Shown here piece by piece: positions 12,141-22,425 of a DNA stretch of 64,000 bases (position 1 is its first letter; every line of letters begins with the position of its first letter). Location of the stretch: contig JAMWBK010000012.1 of assembly GCA_029953675.1 (NCBI GenBank), positions 62,001 through 126,000 on the forward strand, read 5' to 3'. The DNA comes from Rhodosorus marinus CCMP1338 (taxonomy: Eukaryota > Plantae > Rhodophyta). Made by a program: the position numbers and the translations under genes. The notes under the pieces are model-generated. The model made no database searches. It was not told where the DNA came from and saw nothing but the letters and a program-made list of their open reading frames with translations.

Positions 12141-12369
12141 CCTGAGGGAATCCGCCAAGGAAACGTTGCACCACCAATATGAAACCGCACCGAGAGAATA
12201 ATCGACCAAACCCAACCCAAATAGGAAAGGCCCCGCAACTCACCCACCCGGAAGACAGAAGTAGTTGCAAATGCAAACGACGCCCCGCGGAAAATCGAGG
12301 GGAAGGCGTACCAGAGGAAGCGCTTCCCGTAAACGAACACGCTCGCGACCGAAAAAGAAACGCTTTAAT

Positions 12370-13030
12370 AGCATAGCCTGAAGCGCTACGCAGGGCGTCA
12401 AAAGAAACTAAGAACTAGGGAGGGAAGCGTGCAAACCCAGGCGCCGATGGCGCGTCTCGGCAAGCATGCTGCTAGAATACCGCCACAGGGCAGCACTCAA
12501 ACGCCGTAAAAGCGCCAAGTACTCAGTAGGATGCTCAGCGAAACATTTTTTTCCGCAACCACTCTAAACCCGATTTATTCACATCACCAAAGCTTTCCAC
12601 AATGAAGGGCTGGAACCGGTGGGAGAGACCCTCGGCGTAGGGCTTACTGGCCATGCTCTCAGCATACCGTCGTTCCTTCACTCGTCGAAGAGCCGAAGCG
12701 GCTGCCCCTCGGCGGCGGGCGGCAGCCGTGAGATGGGCGCTGGTCACAGGGCATGTAATCGCGAGGTCAACATATGCTGAGCGTCGGGCGGCAGGGTCTG
12801 ATACAAGAAGACCTGCGATACAGCGGGGCGGCGCCGTGTCCGAGACCGGTCTGGGTAGTTCCGATTCCACCTCAACCGTATGCCCTACCCGAGTTAAACA
12901 AAAGGCAGAAATAAAGTAGTGCGTGTGGGGTTCGAACCCACGCGGACTACTTTATTCCAAAGGAGTGGTAGCCACAAGCGTCAATCCGTTCTCTCACATC
13001 CCTGACAGAAAGACGGCCGATTAGAGCCTA
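12370..13030 (-). mobile_element. 5'-truncated family A variant (A''), RLE 3' end; the rest of its tail lies at 7552-7579
   Basis: Homologous to the ORF2 C-terminus and 3'UTR. Its tail ATTAAAGCCC-AGCAAAGCCC-AGTAAAGCCC is split by the 7580-12361 copy. Confidence 0.85.
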
Positions 13031-13535
13031 CTACCCGGGTTTGAATTTCCCCGCGAAACCAGTCCCGATTCCAGCGAACCGAGTCGCTGGGTTAGCTGGG
13101 GTAGCACGCCTCGATCACCCGCAGCAGTGATCAGGCTGGTGACAGCTGAAATAAGTGCACGCACCTGGGTGCCAGAAGCACCACCAAGCCAACCTCTGAA
13201 GAGAAGGTGCCGCAGCTGAGGCGAACAACTGAGTCCACCACCTGTCCGTGCCTCCTTGTTATGAGGCTCCGTCAAGCTCGGAGATACCCCTACCATCCTG
13301 AGAGGATGTTCAAAGGAAACGTTGCACTACCAAAATAAAACCTCACCGAGAGAAGAGTTGACCACACCCAACCCAAAAAGGGAAAGCCCCTCAACACACC
13401 CCCACGAGAGAGAGAAAAATTTTGCAGTTGCAAGCGACACACCCCGGAAAAGCGGAGGAAGGACTACCAGAGGAAGAGCTTCCCAAAAACACGCACGCTC
13501 ACGACCGAAAAAGATTCAAAACCCCACCTCTCAAC
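13030..13535 (-). mobile_element. A' copy, 5' segment (5'UTR and ORF1 N-terminus); continues at 7551
   Basis: MVGVSP...GASGTQVRALISAVTSLITAA...LESGL is colinear with ORF1; joining the flanks restores the family A spacing. Confidence 0.85.
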
Positions 13536-14112
13536 GCACAATATCTCCCTCAACCTTCCACCTAACGTTTGTAAATGCGAAATATTGCGCACCTGTATCC
13601 CCGGCACGGTGTGGGCGCCCCGGCAGGTTCCTCTCGTTGCTAAGCCGTTCGTGCTCAAACCCACCTTGGAAAAAGTCTGTCCACGATGTATAGACCAACA
13701 CGAATGTATTTATACCTGACGTCTGCGTGGGATGTCGACGGGGAGCAGAACTAAATTCTGCAATTAAACATGATGCGTTCGAATCCAACTCCACCCCAAC
13801 TCACACCAGACGTTTCTAATATTTCCGAAAGCTGGCGTTCGATTCAGGTGATCGATTTCAAAGTATTTTTTTACTAAATCAAAACTCCTCATAAGAGCCA
13901 AGCGACAGTGCGATGGTCAGGAGTTGGAGACAGATGCAGACAGAGAGAGAGAAGCGAATAGCTCTTCACCGAAAATTTACACCACTCTCAAAAGAAGCAA
14001 CATCCTGGCTCCCCAGAACAGCCATAACAGATAGTTCCGTTCCTAACTGAAAGTTCTGCTGCGCTGTGGAGCTTCCGTTGAGCAGTTTCCGCCTCGCGGG
14101 TTCAAATCTGCC

Positions 14113-15207
14113 CTAAGAGATCGAAAGGCAGTTCAGGCAGGCCATGGCGACGCCGGAATCTTGGACTGAGTCTAGGTTATAGACGGCCTGAGACTTCTGA
14201 CGGGGGCATCCGGATCCATTCTTGAGGGTGAACCTTGTCATCGACATGTTGGACCTGATAAACAGGTAGCCGTTGATGACGATGGGCTGGGTGCCTGGGG
14301 ACATCTCGATTCGGACATCGCTGCAGAACTTATTGGCCGGGTAAATGGTCTGGTCGAAGCTTCGCATTCTTCCCGCTTTCTTCGCTGAGCCGTGGATGTA
14401 CATGTAGAAACTCTTCTGGTCGGGAGTCATGGTCATCCGGAGAAAGTCGAAGCCCTTGGGGGTTTTCCGGTTGACTTCCTCCAGAGTGTTTGGGTTCAAC
14501 TGGAGGAGGTAGGATGGACCGTTGCCTGTCGCCGTCAGGAAGAGATCGCTGCTTCCGGCGATCAGGAGGTGAGAGTACTGTCCACGAACTATGGAGAAAT
14601 TGACGACCTCCCACGTGTTCCGGCTGTACTGGACCAGCAACCCCTTGCTGAAATCGTGATCAAGCTGCGGGCTGATGACGTAGGCGACGTAGAGGTACCT
14701 GGCGGTCATCGCAGACTCTGCGATATCCTTGATGAAGATGTCCTTGATAACGGGTTTCGAAATTGCCTTGATCAGTTTCAGCGTCGCAGGATTCACCACC
14801 ATGACCGATTCTGTCTCCAGGCACGTCAGAGCCAGCACCGTCTGGTCGCTGTAATCGTAGCTTGCTGTCAACGCGATCGGCTGGATGCACTGAGTTCCGA
14901 ACGATTTCGATTGCACAAACTCAAGCTTGTTCGTTCTGGACTGAATTTCATACATCCGAAGCTCGGCATGTAACTCTTCGTCGTTATTCACGGACGTCAC
15001 GTAGATATATCTCCCCAGCGAAATGAGCTGGAATAGCCTATTTCCACTCTTGTCCTCAATAATATGGACCGTCTCCAACGTCTCCGCATCATTGAGCTGG
15101 ATTAGGTTCTGACGCTTCCCAGTGATGGCCACCACATTCGCATTCAAAGCGACGCACACATGCAGTGCCACCATCAAAACGCATCCAAACAGTATTGTTT
15201 TCTCCAT
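14113..15207 (-). CDS. Secreted beta-propeller-like protein, 364 aa, unknown function
   Basis: Hydrophobic signal peptide, beta-strand-rich repeats, intronless; clear paralog of 20837-21910. The fold is inferred. Confidence 0.75.
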   Translation of the reverse strand: MEKTILFGCVLMVALHVCVALNANVVAITGKRQNLIQLNDAETLETVHIIEDKSGNRLFQLISLGRYIYVTSVNNDEELHAELRMYEIQSRTNKLEFVQSKSFGTQCIQPIALTASYDYSDQTVLALTCLETESVMVVNPATLKLIKAISKPVIKDIFIKDIAESAMTARYLYVAYVISPQLDHDFSKGLLVQYSRNTWEVVNFSIVRGQYSHLLIAGSSDLFLTATGNGPSYLLQLNPNTLEEVNRKTPKGFDFLRMTMTPDQKSFYMYIHGSAKKAGRMRSFDQTIYPANKFCSDVRIEMSPGTQPIVINGYLFIRSNMSMTRFTLKNGSGCPRQKSQAVYNLDSVQDSGVAMACLNCLSIS

Positions 15208-15270
15208 TTTCGGTTTCTTTTTCTTTGTTCTTATTTATCCTCTACTTGGACTTTACTAGCATCCTCTACT

Positions 15271-17638
15271 GGACTGGACTTTACTAGCATAGCCTGAAGC
15301 GCTACGCAAGGCGTGAAGACTAACTAATAACTAGGGAGGGAAGCATGCAACCCCAGGCGCCGATGGCGCGCCTCGGAAAGCATGTCGCTGGAATATCGCC
15401 AAAGGGAGACACTTAAACGCCTCAAGAGCGCCAAATATTCAGTAGCATGCTCAGCAAAACATTTCCGCAACCACTCTAAACCCGACTTATCCACGTGACC
15501 AAAGCTTTCCACAATGAATGGCTGGAACCGGTGAGAGCGACCCTCAGCGCAAGGCAGACTGGCCATGCTCTCAGCATACCGTCGTTCCTTAACTCTTCGA
15601 AGGGCTGAAGCCGCGGCCCCCCGGCGGCGGGCGGCTGCGGTGAGGTGGGCGCTGGCCACGGGGCAGGTAATCGCAAGGTCCACATATGTTGAGCGTCTGG
15701 CAGCAGCGTCGGAGACGAGGAGATCGGCTATACAACGGGGCGGTACAGAGTCCGAGATTGATCTGGGCAGTTCCGACTCAACCTCAACCGTATGCCCTAT
15801 CCGAGTCAAAAATTCGCTGAGGATGTACTTGAGGCGAGTGTGACGCCTCGTACGGAGACCTCGCAACATTCCGCAGGAACCCAGGAAGTGGTAGCCACAA
15901 GCGTCAATCCGGCTCTCACATCCCTGACAGAAAGACGGCCGATTAGAGTGCCACGGAGCCTGTGGCAAACCGAGATAGATCCGTGCGGCAGAACGGAACT
16001 GGAAAGCATCGAGACGATGACTCAATGACGACGGTAGAGTGGTTAACCACAAGTGCGAGAGGTGGCCTCCCGTGCCGCGGAGACGAGCGGCAGTGGTAGG
16101 CGGCGTGAGAGGAGAATTGAGCATGACTGTGTGAGCGGCACTGTGTTGGCCCCAGGCGAGGCTCTGTTGAATCACATCAGTGCGGGAGCTCCACAATCGG
16201 CTCAAACCCGGATAGTCTGCAACAGGTGACCCGGGGCTAGCCTCTCCGTCATCGGCAAGAACTCGGTCGAGGGGAGAATCCTCAATCGCTTCAGTTCGTC
16301 CCCATAACAGCTCCCTCCAGGAACGAAAGCGGGACCGATTTGCGTCCGGCACGGCGTTGCACCTCCTGAACGCGTGTTGAAGACCATCATAAATTGTCAA
16401 AAGCGGGGGCGGCAGGCTCACTGGATCCTCGTTGGTCAAAGCTCGAGCCAAGAGGCAGGCACTTCGCATCTGGAAGGTCACCAACATTCGCAGCGCGGTA
16501 GCCCACGAGGCAACCACCGCTGGCGAGCATACCAGCCCACGGTCTGCGACGCCGAATCCCCCTAATCGCAACGGTAGAGCGATCTGTCTACGAATCAAGT
16601 CCCTGTCGGGAGCAGCTTCAAGATCGAGGGGCTCATCCAAGAGCGTTCCCCAGTGTTGCAGGGTCATCTCGTCGGCTTTAGCCGCGATCCACGAGCCCCA
16701 AGCTGGAAGCAGGCTGCGCAACCAGTAGTTGAGTCTGGGACCGGCACAAAAGCGGGAAAGCAAGCAGGTCGATTGCAGCATGCTGTCGGGTAGGTGCTCA
16801 ATGGCGTCGGTGAGTTGCTTGTGCCGTGCCAAAACTCGCTCGCAGGATGCTTGGACAAAGTTGTCAGTCCCCAATCCGACGCCGTGGTGTTCGAACCCTG
16901 CACGTTCGCTGATTAGTCGCAGAGTGGGTGGCAGAGAGGCCAGCGACACGTCCCTCGGGGGGAGAAAGCGACATTTTTCTGTTTCCACAGTCAAACCGAC
17001 GCGACGTGCAATCGCTTCGATCTCGGTCAGCCCCCTGGCCAGGGTGTCAGGGGTGCCCAGCAATGTTACGTCATCGTGGTACGCGCAGATTCGAAGACCC
17101 GAGACCTCAGTCGAAAGACGTAAAAGGACGAGCTGTAGGGCACAGGCATGAAAAAGAGGTCCGCAAGGGTCGCCTTGTTGGACGCCAGTATGTGCTTGAA
17201 AAACAGTGCCCTCCGTTGTCAAGTAGGGGAGGCTCTCCCCTCCGTAAATACCCGATAGAAACGGCCACGCCTCCGGAAACACACGTCGGAGCACCTCTAG
17301 CGCATGCGTCCGCGACACGCTGTTGAATGCGTTCCGGAAATCAACCACCAAGACTCCCCACTCCGGCCTACTGGCGCGTTCTAGCTCGATCCCATGGGTG
17401 AACAGTTCGCAACCCCCAGAAAATCCCACCCCTACTTGCAAGGGCGCCATGAAAGCTGTGACTCGCTAGCGAAGGCGCTGGCATAGCCATCTCCCGGCTA
17501 ACTTCCGTAGGCTCTCCACCATCCCGATCGGCCGGAGACGCGGGTGGGCCGGCTGGTGGTCAGGTTTCGTGAGCAAGCAAAGCTGTGCCTGCCGGAGATG
17601 TTCCCATGGCGCAGACGCACCCGATACGCCCTGGAACA
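15271..17638 (-). mobile_element. Family A, 5'-truncated young copy (RT to RLE open from 17450 to 15324)
   Basis: Near-identical to the other young copies; tail GGACTGGACTTTACTAG at the left end. Confidence 0.95.
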
Positions 17639-17649
17639 ACTAGCATAGC

Positions 17650-17730
17650 ACTGGGAAGCGCTTTATCAGCATAAGCCTAAAGCGCAACGCAAACCGTGAA
17701 AAGGAACTAAGAACTAGGTAGGGAAGCCCG
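17650..17730 (-). mobile_element. Family A variant 3'UTR remnant
   Basis: Minus strand reads CCTAGTTCTTAGTTCCTTTTCACGGTTTGCG...GCTGATAAAG. Confidence 0.7.
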
Positions 17731-19866
17731 TTTAGCTTGCAGACCTTACCATTGTCTTGTGTGCCCGGGGGTCTCTCCATGTACATCTCCTCATCGAGTT
17801 TGCCATTGAGGTAGGCCGTCGATACGTCCATTTCCTGCACGTCGTAGATACTTTGTGTTGCCGATGATAGCAGCACTCTGATGATGTCGAAACTGACCGT
17901 CGGTGAGTAAACTTCTGCAAATTCTTGCTGCTGGAAACCAGCTGGAAACCTCTTGCGACCAGCCGTGCTTTGAATTTCAGCGGCTCCCCGCTCTTGTTCC
18001 GTTTCAGTTTGAAAACGAACTTGTTGCTTAACAGTTGCTTATTCTTTGGTCCGTCCAACAGTGACCAGGTCTGGCACGTGCTCAGATTTTCGAGCTCGTC
18101 CGCAATTGCTTCCTCCGAATACTTCCCGTTGGGTCCAGCAAGGGCTTCCCCGATCGTTTGAGGTTCCGATTATCGTTAAGCTGTTCAACTTGGATTTCGC
18201 TATTGCGCCTGCCCTTACTTGTCGTGTGGGATTATTAGCTCTCAGTGGCTCATGACCGTACCAGCCTTTCCGCCACTCACACTGTCGGATTTCGAAGTGC
18301 GTACTTCACTGCGCTTATACCTCGGCTTACATCAGCCCCCTTGGCCGTACGAGATGGGTTCGTCGTGCCCTCTCTGCTCTCAGACTGAAGACAACGCAGA
18401 TTTTGGCGCCCACCTGCTCGCTAGTTGCCCGGCGGTGAAAGGTGCTCGAACCCGCCGCCATACACGGATCTTGAACCTGTTATACCGGGAACTTCGGCCT
18501 GTAGTCCGGCAAGCCGGTCTGGAAATCGAACGTGAGAAACCTTTACCCGTCGCGGACTTTCAAAATGATGAACGCCGTGTAGCCGACCTGGTGATCACCT
18601 GTGATGACATCCGCCGTACCACATACGTTGATCTTGCTGTTCCTAACCCTCAAGCAAGCGTTATCTCCCGGCTGCGGGGGAGCGCCGTGGATCTGCCGCC
18701 GCCAGCATGAGACGCCGCAAAGAGATCAAATACGCGGGGGCTTTGTCTTCCCCTGGTGTTCGTGCTTCGGCACTAGCACATCGCTTGGTACCCCTGATCA
18801 TTGAGTGCTTTGGGTTCATGGACTCTGTTGGTTCTCGCTGGCTTCGGGAGTTGTTCCGCGAACGCCCTGACCGTCTTCAATCGTTGTTTACCCGCTTAAG
18901 TTTCCTGCTGTGGCGCATGAATGCCGCTTTGATGTTGGAGGCGCGAGTTCTTCGCCGCGCTTAGTCTTTTTTTCCCCTCGGGGTTTTTTCTTTCAGCCTC
19001 CGATTAAACCATTCGTTCGTACTTGTCGCGGTAATTTTGTGACTTCTTTGACTTCTTTCGCTGTTAGCTCGTTATTTTCACGTTCTTCGGTGCTGTTGTC
19101 AGGTTTCACATCCTCAGTATGGGATCTGTGGTGGGTTTTGTGAACTGGTGTTTCCAGTTCGTCTTCGAGGCTCGATGGGGCCTGATTCCGACTGATGTAG
19201 TCTTTCGCTTTGGCGTAGTCGATGGCTTTTTGAATGTCCGGTGTAAGTGCGGCTTAGGGTTTCTTCAGAGGGAACGAAAAGCCACTACGATGGCTTTTCG
19301 TCCATCTTTTGCGACCATCTCCGAGTTGGATCATGTGTTGCCGCTTCGCTCACAGCGGAGTATATTCCCGCACGTCGTTGGTACGTCGAGCGTGTCGCGT
19401 CGTATGGTACCATCTTCCTTTGGTGCGTGGGCGATCGCTAGGGAGCCGAACTGGGACATTTTTTTTGAAGTCGTCTTGCTTGCCTGTGAGTATTTCCCAG
19501 GGGCTTTTGTTGTTGCTTCGTCTGGGCCTTCCGTTCAGTATCCTTTCGATAATTTGTAGGGTCTCCGTCCAGGGGCTTTATTCTATGCCTGACTGGTACA
19601 AGGATACCCGCATTAGCATTAGGATGCTCCGATTGGCTCGCTCCGAGATCTCGTTCGTTTCCGCGCTGTATGGGGGCGTCGTGTCCAGCGTGATCCCTAG
19701 CTTCTTGAGTTTCCCTTGCACGCCAACGTGTTCGCCTCCTCCGTCGGAATGGTTTGTAATTATTCTTTGACCCGATAAACGCTCGAAATACGCCACATAG
19801 TCATCGAATATCTAAGAGACATCGTTTTTTCTTTGTATCGAGTGTATATCTGTAAATCTCGATACT
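17730..19866 (-). mobile_element. Ty1/Copia LTR-retrotransposon remnant (integrase then RT), interrupted by family B at 18225-19019
   Basis: Integrase HSDGGGE..TPPYSAETNEISERANR; RT KFVFKLK..KFKARLVARGF and QEMDVSTAYLNGKLDEEMYM. Integrase-before-RT order is Copia-type. Confidence 0.9.
18225..19019 (+). mobile_element. Family B, 5'-truncated copy with 9-bp TSD
   Basis: CPLC..HLLASC, RTRRH, VADLVIT..YVDLAVP, IECFG; tail ATTCGTTCG; TSD TACTTGTCG at 18216-18224 and 19020-19028. Confidence 0.9.
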
Positions 19867-19873
19867 GATAAAA

Positions 19874-20270
19874 CGAACGAACGAATGGTTTAATCGGAGG
19901 CTGAAAAAAAAACCCCGAGGGGAAAAAAAGACTAAGCGCGGCGAAGTACTCGCGCCTCCAACATCAAAGCGGCATTCATGCGCCACAGCAGGAAACTTAA
20001 GCGGGTAAACAACGATTGAAGACGGTCAGGGCGTTCGCGGAACAACTCCCGAAGCCAGCGAGAACCAACAGAGTCCATGAACCCAAAGCACTCAATGATC
20101 AGGGGTACCAAGCGATGTGCTAGTGCCGAAGCACGAACACCAGGGGAAGACAAAGCCCCCGCGTATTTGATCTCTTTGCGGCGTCTCATGCTGGCGGCGG
20201 CAGACCCACGGCGCTCCCCCGCAGCCGGGAGATAACGCTTGCTTGAGGGTTAGGAACAGCAAGATCAACG
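19874..20270 (-). mobile_element. Family B, short 3' copy
   Basis: Near-identical to 18630-19019; probable TSD GATAAAA (19867-19873 and 20271-20277). Confidence 0.9.
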
Positions 20271-20547
20271 GATAAAAAGGGTAAGAAGTCTAAAAAGTCT
20301 AAAAAGGATAGAAAGCGTAAAAAGGGTAGAAAGCGTAAAAAGCGTAATAACGTAGAAAGCGTAAAAAGGTTAAAAACGTTAAAAATTGTAAAAAGGGTAA
20401 AAAGTGGAAAAAGTGGAAAAAGTGGAAAAAGTGTAGAAAGCGTAAAAAGAAGAAAAAGCACAAAAAGCGTAAAAAGCGTGAAAAGGGTAGAAAGCGTAAA
20501 AAGGATAAAAAGGGTACAAAGCGTAAAAAGGGTAAAAGGGGTAAAAT
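20271..20547. repeat. Degenerate 9-bp tandem array, consensus GTAAAAAG(C/G), about 30 units
   Basis: Direct reading of the sequence. Confidence 0.9.
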
Positions 20548-20836
20548 AGCAACTTGATGCAGAGGAGATTCTACCAAGGAGAGTTCTTGTGAGACCGCCG
20601 GAAAAGCAGCAGACAAACATGCGCGAGTATCTCTAGACGCGGCCTTGTTGTCTGTAAAAGCTGTAGATGGATTTATTATCGCTGCCTCGGAATACTACAA
20701 TATAAAATTACTACTGTACTCACATCTTTGTCACCACCGCTTAGCACGCCGTGCAAAAAGCAAAAGTGTTTTAGAGTTAGGTCGTGGCTTGTCTCATGGC
20801 AAGGGCTTCCTGCTGTCCTACCCAATTTTTTCGCAG

Positions 20837-21910
20837 TCAGGACATTGGTGGAGGACATTCGGAGCACATTGAGGTGATGACGTTGGTCCCGACTTGACTT
20901 GCAACGACGCTTATCGCAGAAGACCGAAGCGGACATTTGTTACCATAGTTCAGCTCGAACTTGGTGACGGAGTTGTTGGTGAGAACGTAGACGCTGCCAG
21001 ACATGACGACGGAGGCATTCGCGGGCAAGGCCTGAACAGGGGCGTCCTTGCACAGCTGCTGCACCGGCGAGCTTGTAAGGTCAAAACTCCTGATTCCACC
21101 CGTTGTCCCGTTCTTCGTCCCGAAAGATACATACAGAGTTTTCTGGTCTGGTGTAATCGACATATACGTAAAAAATGTCCTACTGCCCCTCAACGTGGTC
21201 TCTGTCGTCATTGTTTTGAGATCCATTTGAACAACTTGGCTCTTTCCAAATCCAGAGGTCGTCATGAATAGCCCCCGCTTTGGCGAAGCAAGAAGGTGGA
21301 TGGATGGCCCCGTGACCGTTGTATGTCCCATCATCTCAAAACTCATGATATTATACTGTACCAGCAATCCCTTGCTCTTTGTCGGCTTGTTGTACTTGGT
21401 CTCGTACGCTACGTACATAAACTCACCGGCAGCGGCGACGCTCACTGGCTTCACAATCGTGAGGCCACTGATCACAGGTTTGGGCACCGACTTGACGAGC
21501 TCCAAGCTCACGGGGTCGACGACGAGAGTATTGCTTGCTCCAGCGCAGGTCATCATGATGCGCGGAGTAGAAATCTCGTCGAAGGTTGCGCTGAGGTCAG
21601 TCGGATCGGTGCATACATCATAGGCCACGGAAGGCCCCCAACCAACATCATCGAAAAGCACGTCATATGCCGAGATTTCACCAACTGTCGAATCACCGAA
21701 CTGATACGACGCTGCGTATATCGTGTTGTTAAACGTGAGTAAGCTCAAAATCTGACTCCCCTCCTCCACGAATGAAATCGTTTTGAGCGTAGTTCCATCC
21801 AAGCCAATGATAGTCTCTTGACCGGTGCCACCCACGATGGCGATGTTGCCTTCAGCGGCTGCCATGCCGCTCAAAGCCAACAAAAAGCTCGAAACGATCA
21901 AGAAACGCAT
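20837..21910 (-). CDS. Secreted beta-propeller-like protein, 357 aa, unknown function
   Basis: Signal peptide MRFLIVSSFLLALSGMAAA; shares SKGLLVQY, KPVI, TPDQK, RSFD and a terminal CxxC with 14113-15207. Confidence 0.75.
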   Translation of the reverse strand: MRFLIVSSFLLALSGMAAAEGNIAIVGGTGQETIIGLDGTTLKTISFVEEGSQILSLLTFNNTIYAASYQFGDSTVGEISAYDVLFDDVGWGPSVAYDVCTDPTDLSATFDEISTPRIMMTCAGASNTLVVDPVSLELVKSVPKPVISGLTIVKPVSVAAAGEFMYVAYETKYNKPTKSKGLLVQYNIMSFEMMGHTTVTGPSIHLLASPKRGLFMTTSGFGKSQVVQMDLKTMTTETTLRGSRTFFTYMSITPDQKTLYVSFGTKNGTTGGIRSFDLTSSPVQQLCKDAPVQALPANASVVMSGSVYVLTNNSVTKFELNYGNKCPLRSSAISVVASQVGTNVITSMCSECPPPMS

Positions 21911-22156
21911 CGTGACGATCTGCTCTACACCTCACTATTCCTCCCAAAAAAGTTTTATTCGTCTCAATTTGTTTATTCCCGAGAAACTTCAGTTGGCCGT
22001 TTTGCCGATCAGACTTATCCGCAATGTGCTCCCCACTTCTGGTCGATTAAGAACTGAGCTTCTGTCAACCTTATATATGCCCCGAGTTGATTCAACAAAG
22101 TTGATCGTGCCACGGCCACAGCTCCTTCAGGAATTCCCGAAAAGCGGCTACCAGTA

Positions 22157-22425
22157 GAACTCGCCACGAACAGATGTCGGTTGGATGCTTGTCAGGGGGT
22201 GAATCCCAATATGACGCTGAGGGCTAGACCCTGAACAATGAGTTCAGTCAATGAACGAAATGAGAGGCCGAAAAAAAGGGTACTTCGCGAAGTCCCAAAA
22301 AGCGCTTACAGTTGAGACTCGCTGCGAACAGATGTCAGTTGGATGCCTTGTGTCAGGAGGCGCATCCCAATGCAACCCCGAGGGCTAGATCCTGAATGAT
22401 GACTTCATTCCATGAATGAAACGAA
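22157..22425 (+). repeat. Diverged direct duplication, period about 158 bp
   Basis: cgaacagatgtc(g/a)gttggatgc...atcccaat...gagggctaga(c/t)cctgaa occurs twice. Confidence 0.8.

Larger units (their letters stand above)
7580..12361 (-). mobile_element. Family A non-LTR retrotransposon, near full length (RT + RLE, CRE-like, two ORFs)
   Basis: 5'UTR, ORF1, ORF2, 3'UTR and tail are all present. Flanked by an 8-bp TSD GCTTTAAT (7572-7579 and 12362-12369). Confidence 0.95.

Noticed and set aside
12900-12965. Complete tRNA gene
   Set aside because: Only the T-arm is present; there is no D-arm, anticodon arm or matching acceptor stem.
13531-13794. Tc1/mariner/IS630-like HTH remnant (WTDFFQGG...LPGRP)
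   Set aside because: Only a short, weak motif; no DDE domain or terminal inverted repeats found.
20271-20547. CRISPR array or canonical telomere tract
   Set aside because: No unique spacers and no cas genes; the unit GTAAAAAGC/G is not a TnAGGG-type repeat.
20186-20620. Phe/Leu- or Cys/Arg-rich ORFs here and at 30490-30933
   Set aside because: Translations of 9-bp tandem repeats.
22391-22402. C/D snoRNA boxes (CTGA-ATGATGA)
   Set aside because: Box order and spacing are wrong, the C box is not kept in the other repeat copy, and there is no terminal stem.
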